Below, one piece after another: positions 6,929-10,844 of a stretch of 10,844 nt of DNA. The notes beneath the pieces were generated by a model. It searched no databases and had not been told where the DNA came from. It was given only the letters and a program-made list of their open reading frames with translations. Made by a program: the position numbers and the translations under genes. Source of the stretch: a virus (lineage: Duplodnaviria; Heunggongvirae; Uroviricota; Caudoviricetes); IMG/VR virus record IMGVR_UViG_2537561687_000016, positions 1 to 10,844 of that record; one strand, 5' to 3'. Positions within the stretch are counted from its first letter, which is position 1. Each line of letters opens with the position of its first letter.

Positions 6929-7249
6929 TTTTCCGCTGCCGCAAAATCGGCAGCCGGGCGTGAGAACCCGAGTAAGTCAAAGGCGACATATGACGCGCCA
7001 TGCGTCTTTTTTTGTGTCGCAATCAACGCCACAGAGCGCCAGATTATGGTGTGGCGTGTGGTTTGCCGTGCAGGTATGATCCTGTTCGCAATCGCATGTT
7101 ATGCCACTGAGTCAATGGTAGCTCAGGCGGGGCAGCCTCCGGGCTGGCCGGTATCCTATGACGCCGGTATTCTCACCCCCGTCTGGGCTATCGCCATCGA
7201 GCGTGAGAACTCCGGCGATAGCGTTATTTGCTACTCAGGAGGCTGCCTT

Positions 7250-7447
7250 ATGGCTACAACCCTTACCCCCTCACACCCTGAATTTGTCTTTGTGTTTGCG
7301 GCTGTCCGTCGCGCAGACCGTCATCCCCGTATCTGCATGCTTCGCACCGTCGCCGGTGATGAACGCAGCGCCCGCCGTTCCCTTGTCCGTGACTATGTGC
7401 TCTCCCTTGCTGCCCGTCTGCCGGTGGTGGAGGTGTCCCGTGCGTAA
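7250..7447 (+). CDS. Small hypothetical protein of the P4-like early operon, 65 aa
   Basis: ATG at 7250 preceded by AGGAGG (7236-7241). This is the 3' 65 codons of the 210-aa track ORF, whose upstream part overlaps vis, the promoter and structured leader and is unlikely to be coding. Identity not recognised. Confidence 0.45.
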   Translation: MATTLTPSHPEFVFVFAAVRRADRHPRICMLRTVAGDERSARRSLVRDYVLSLAARLPVVEVSRA

Positions 7448-7727
7448 TAAAAAAGCCCCTCAGACCGTCTCAGCACGTCATGACGCCCGTGAACACCTCA
7501 GCATTGAGGCTTACCATAAGCTCAACCGCGCCAGCGCCGTATCCCAGTTTGTTGGGGGTGATTTGATTCACCGTGAACTCTCCGGCCTGCATCAGCTCTA
7601 CATTCCGCATATTTTCAGCTACCTGAATGAAGATATTGATTTTGTGCTGAATGAGCTGAAAGCCAAAGGCCTGTGCCGCGATTTTCTCGCCCAGCAGAAA
7701 GACCGGGGAGACAGGACGCATGTTTGA
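7440..7727 (+). CDS. Small protein, 95 aa, possible epsilon-like helper derepression protein (tentative)
   Basis: GTG at 7440 preceded by GGAGGTG. Overlaps the previous stop by 8 nt and ends in ATGtttTGA overlap with the next gene. 95 aa fits my uncertain recollection of P4 epsilon. An in-frame ATG at 7395 without RBS is an alternative start. Confidence 0.4.
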   Translation: MRNKKAPQTVSARHDAREHLSIEAYHKLNRASAVSQFVGGDLIHRELSGLHQLYIPHIFSYLNEDIDFVLNELKAKGLCRDFLAQQKDRGDRTHV

Positions 7728-8175
7728 TTTTCCCCAGCCCGGTGAGATTTACCGTTCTGCCGGTTTTCCCGATGTGGCCGTGGTCGGCATTCTGGAAGAC
7801 GGTATTCCGTGGGAAATGCCGTACCGCTGCCCGGACATTGTCTGGAACCCGTACCGCCGTAAATTCAGTATCCTTGTGCGTATCCTCGCTGACGGGCGCA
7901 CCACAGACATCCCGCTGGGGCGTTTTCTGCGGGAATTTACCTGTGACCGTCCTGACCTGTTTAAACGCAGCCCCGTAAACCGGCATGCGGTACTGAAAGA
8001 AATGGCCGGAGACCCGGAATTACAGAAATGGCGGGAGAAATATCTGGATATTTACCCGCAGGACACTGTTCCGGTCAGCCGGGCAGCACCGGTGGCGCGG
8101 GAATGGCGGGAAATTCCCCGCACGGAGCCTGACCCGGAAACCACCCCGGATAACAGTTACCGCAATTATCTGTAA
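7720..8175 (+). CDS. P4 orf151-like hypothetical protein, 151 aa
   Basis: 151-aa ORF immediately upstream of the alpha region, with GGGGAG RBS. Length and position match P4 orf151. Function unknown. Confidence 0.7.
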   Translation: MFDFPQPGEIYRSAGFPDVAVVGILEDGIPWEMPYRCPDIVWNPYRRKFSILVRILADGRTTDIPLGRFLREFTCDRPDLFKRSPVNRHAVLKEMAGDPELQKWREKYLDIYPQDTVPVSRAAPVAREWREIPRTEPDPETTPDNSYRNYL

Positions 8176-8310
8176 TTAAAAAACGACACCCGAAAAATTA
8201 AATGTGCGTATTCGCGCAGGGATACGCACGTCTTCAGGAGACGCAGATATGCCTTATCAGTTAATGCAACCGGCACGGAATGCAGTCATCTGTCACAGGG
8301 AGGAAAGCAA

Positions 8311-8631
8311 ATGAAAACACCCTTACCGCCCGTCTTACGCGCTGCCCTTTACCGTCGCGCTGTCGCCTGTGCCTGGCTGACCGTGTGCGAACGTCAGCAC
8401 CGCTACCCGCATCTCACCCTTGAATCACTGGAGGCGGCCATCGCCGCTGAGCTGGAAGGCTTTTATCTGCGCCAGCACGGTGAGGAAAAAGGGCGTCAGA
8501 TAGCCTGTGCCCTGCTGGAAGATTTAATGGAATCCGGCCCCCTGAAGGCCGCGCCGTCGCTGTCCTTTCTCGGGCTGGTTGTGATGGATGAACTCTGTGC
8601 CCGTCACATAAAAGCGCCGGTACTGCACTGA
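8311..8631 (+). CDS. P4 orf106-like hypothetical protein, 106 aa
   Basis: 106-aa ORF with GGAGG RBS (8298-8302), ending 14 nt before the alpha start. Length matches the P4 orf106 name; position assignment is from memory and uncertain. Confidence 0.6.
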
Positions 8632-8645
8632 AGGAGAACAACACC

Positions 8646-10844
8646 ATGAAAATGAACGTAACCGCCACCGTCAGCCATGCGCTCGGCCACTGGCCGCGTA
8701 TTCTCCCGGCGCTGGGGATTCAGGTGCTGAAAAACCGTCATCAGCCCTGTCCGGTCTGTGGCGGGAGTGACCGCTTCCGTTTTGATGACAGGGAGGGGCG
8801 CGGCACCTGGTACTGCAATCAGTGTGGTGCCGGTGACGGCCTGAAACTGGTTGAAAAGGTGTTTGGTGTTTCCCCGTCCGACGCGGCCGCAAAGGTGGCT
8901 GCCGTGACCGGCAGCCTGCCCCCGGCTGACCCGGCAGTGACGGCTGCCGCCGGTGCTGAAACAGACGCTGCCCGGAAGAACGCCGCCGCACTGGCACAAA
9001 CCCTGATGGCAAAAACCCGTCCCGGAACCGGTAACGCCTACCTGACCCGCAAGGGCTTTCCCGGCCGGGAATGCCGGATGCTGACCGGCACACACAGAGC
9101 CGGTGGCGTGAGCTGGCGCGCCGGTGACCTTGTGGTGCCACTGTATGACGACAGCGGCGAACTGGTTAACCTTCAGTTAATCAGTGCTGACGGCCGTAAG
9201 CGCACCCTGAAAGGCGGACAGGTCAGGGGCACCTGTCACACCCTTGAAGGACAGAATCAGGCCGGAAAACGTCTGTGGATAGCGGAGGGATACGCGACCG
9301 CACTTACCGTACATCACCTGACCGGTGAAACGGTGATGGTGGCGCTTTCTTCCGTGAACCTCCTTTCTCTGGCCAGCCTTGCCCGGCAGAAGCATCCGGC
9401 CTGTCAGATTGTCCTTGCCGCAGACCGTGACCTCAGCGGTGACGGCCAGAAAAAAGCCGCCGCAGCCGCAGATGCGTGTGAGGGCGTTGTTGCCCTGCCG
9501 CCGGTCTTCGGTGACTGGAATGATGCCTTCACGCAGTACGGCGGGGAGGCCACCCGTAAGGCCATTTACGATGCCATCCGGCCACCGGCTGAAAGCCCGT
9601 TCGACACCATGAGCGAAGCAGAGTTTTCCGCCATGAGTACCAGCGAAAAGGCCATGCGTATCTATGAGCATTACGGCGAGGCGCTCGCGGTCGATGCCAA
9701 CGGCCAGCTTCTGTCCCGTTATGAAAATGGTGTCTGGAAGGTGCTGCCGCCACAGGACTTTGCCCGGGATGTGGCCGGGCTGTTTCAGCGTCTGCGCGCG
9801 CCGTTCTCCTCCGGGAAGGTGGCCTCCGTGGTGGACACCCTGAAGCTGATTATTCCGCAGCAGGAAGCCCCCTCCCGCCGCCTGATTGGCTTTCGTAACG
9901 GCGTGCTCGACACGCAGAACGGCACGTTCCACCCGCACAGTCCGTCACACTGGATGCGCACCCTGTGCGATGTGGATTTCACCCCGCCGGTGGACGGTGA
10001 AACGCTGGAAACCCACGCCCCCGCGTTCTGGCGCTGGCTTGACCGTGCCGCCGGTGGCCGTGCGGAAAAACGCGACGTGATTCTGGCCGCACTGTTTATG
10101 GTGCTGGCAAACCGCTACGACTGGCAGCTCTTTCTGGAGGTGACCGGTCCCGGCGGCAGCGGCAAAAGTATCATGGCCGAAATAGCCACCCTGCTGGCCG
10201 GGGAGGATAACGCCACGTCGGCCACCATTGAGACGCTGGAATCCCCGCGTGAACGTGCCGCGTTAACTGGCTTCTCACTGATACGCCTGCCGGACCAGGA
10301 AAAATGGAGCGGCGACGGTGCCGGACTCAAGGCCATCACCGGCGGCGATGCGGTGTCCGTGGACCCGAAATACCGGGATGCGTACTCCACGCATATCCCG
10401 GCGGTGATTCTGGCCGTGAACAATAACCCGATGCGCTTCACCGACCGCAGCGGCGGCGTGTCACGCCGGCGGGTGATTATTCACTTCCCGGAACAGATAG
10501 CCCCGCAGGAGCGCGACCCGCAGCTTAAGGACAAAATCACCCGCGAGCTGGCGGTCATCGTGCGTCACCTGATGCAGAAGTTCAGCGACCCGATGCTCGC
10601 CCGGTCACTGCTTCAGTCCCAGCAGAACTCAGACGAGGCGCTGAACATCAAACGGGATGCCGACCCGACGTTTGATTTTATCGGCTATCTGGAAACCCTG
10701 CCGCAGACCAGCGGCATGTATATGGGGAACGCCAGTATCATCCCGCGTAATTACCGTAAATACCTCTATCACGCCTATCTGGCTTACATGGAGGCAAACG
10801 GCTACCGGAATGTACTCAGTCTGAAAATGTTCGGGCTGGGGCTG
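8646..10844 (+). CDS. alpha: Alpha-like primase-helicase (zinc-binding N-terminus, Toprim primase, D5/SF3-type helicase), 3'-partial (733 codons in window)
   Basis: ATG 8646 with AAGGAG RBS. I translated the frame by hand over the N-terminal ~280 codons and the last ~250 codons and found no stop; the middle section was not checked codon by codon. This ORF is absent from the supplied track, presumably because it has no stop within the window. Motifs: CPVCGGSDRFRFDDREGRGTWYCNQCG, Toprim-like WIAEGYATALTV and VLAADRDLSGDG, Walker A GPGGSGKS (approx 10146-10169). P4 alpha is 777 aa as I recall, so about 44 codons are missing. Confidence 0.9.
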   Translation, partial: MKMNVTATVSHALGHWPRILPALGIQVLKNRHQPCPVCGGSDRFRFDDREGRGTWYCNQCGAGDGLKLVEKVFGVSPSDAAAKVAAVTGSLPPADPAVTAAAGAETDAARKNAAALAQTLMAKTRPGTGNAYLTRKGFPGRECRMLTGTHRAGGVSWRAGDLVVPLYDDSGELVNLQLISADGRKRTLKGGQVRGTCHTLEGQNQAGKRLWIAEGYATALTVHHLTGETVMVALSSVNLLSLASLARQKHPACQIVLAADRDLSGDGQKKAAAAADACEGVVALPPVFGDWNDAFTQYGGEATRKAIYDAIRPPAESPFDTMSEAEFSAMSTSEKAMRIYEHYGEALAVDANGQLLSRYENGVWKVLPPQDFARDVAGLFQRLRAPFSSGKVASVVDTLKLIIPQQEAPSRRLIGFRNGVLDTQNGTFHPHSPSHWMRTLCDVDFTPPVDGETLETHAPAFWRWLDRAAGGRAEKRDVILAALFMVLANRYDWQLFLEVTGPGGSGKSIMAEIATLLAGEDNATSATIETLESPRERAALTGFSLIRLPDQEKWSGDGAGLKAITGGDAVSVDPKYRDAYSTHIPAVILAVNNNPMRFTDRSGGVSRRRVIIHFPEQIAPQERDPQLKDKITRELAVIVRHLMQKFSDPMLARSLLQSQQNSDEALNIKRDADPTFDFIGYLETLPQTSGMYMGNASIIPRNYRKYLYHAYLAYMEANGYRNVLSLKMFGLGL

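Larger units (their letters stand above)
1..10844. mobile_element. P4-like phage satellite, int-proximal portion; alpha gene truncated by window end
   Basis: Gene order int / cargo / cos / psu-delta-sid (minus) / divergent late-promoter region / vis / immunity region / orf151 / orf106 / alpha matches the P4 genome organisation as I recall it. Exact P2/P4 cos core present. Protein lengths match P4 (Psu 190 aa, Delta 166 aa, Vis 88 aa, orf151 151 aa, orf106 106 aa). Confidence 0.85.

Noticed and set aside
6424-7032. ORFs 6424-6642 (-), 6448-6636 (+), 6714-7022 (-), 6808-7032 (-) and the 5' two-thirds of the 210-aa ORF 6815-7447 (+)
   Set aside because: They overlap the promoter/iteron region, vis, or the structured leader. 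Only the 3' 65 codons of the 210-aa ORF have an RBS-preceded start.
7158-7986. 5' part of the 189-aa ORF (7158-7439), minus ORFs 7470-7721 and 7615-7986, plus ORF 7673-7978
   Set aside because: Overlap better-supported genes in other frames or strands. The 189-aa ORF is trimmed to the RBS-preceded GTG at 7440.
8414-10441. Minus-strand ORFs (84, 163, 156, 253, 74, 65, 108 aa) and plus-strand ORFs 9379-9612 and 9886-10080
   Set aside because: All lie antisense or out of frame within orf106/alpha in GC-rich DNA, where long spurious ORFs are expected. No RBS or recognisable domains, whereas the alpha frame has clear primase/helicase motifs.
1-10844. tRNA, rRNA or attachment-site calls
   Set aside because: No tRNA-like sequence recognised by eye. 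The att site and any target tRNA are expected upstream of int, outside the window.

Overview
The window is almost entirely a P4-like phage satellite, read by eye without any database search. Left to right: a complete P4-family tyrosine integrase (1-1170, +); a strongly AT-rich cargo gene placed 2 nt downstream (1173-3920, +) encoding a 915-aa protein with an N-terminal SIR2-like domain and a ~650-aa C-terminal region of unknown function; an exact P2/P4-type 19-nt cos core (3985-4003); the late operon psu-delta-sid on the minus strand (4168-6044), with sid interrupted by an apparent 1-nt frameshift; a divergent control region (6062-6596) with two TGT-N12-ACA dyads, a helically phased array of TGTTCACC octamers (P4 ori-like) and three tandem decamers; then on the plus strand vis, an immunity/leader region, two small ORFs (65 and 95 aa), orf151-like, orf106-like and an alpha primase-helicase gene that runs off the 3' end. 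The main finding is the SIR2-domain cargo gene: it sits in the int-psu variable slot where P4-like satellites carry anti-phage systems, is compositionally foreign, and has no partner gene, so I propose it as a single-gene, DSR-like NAD-depleting defence candidate with an uncharacterised sensor domain. All GC values are by-eye estimates.
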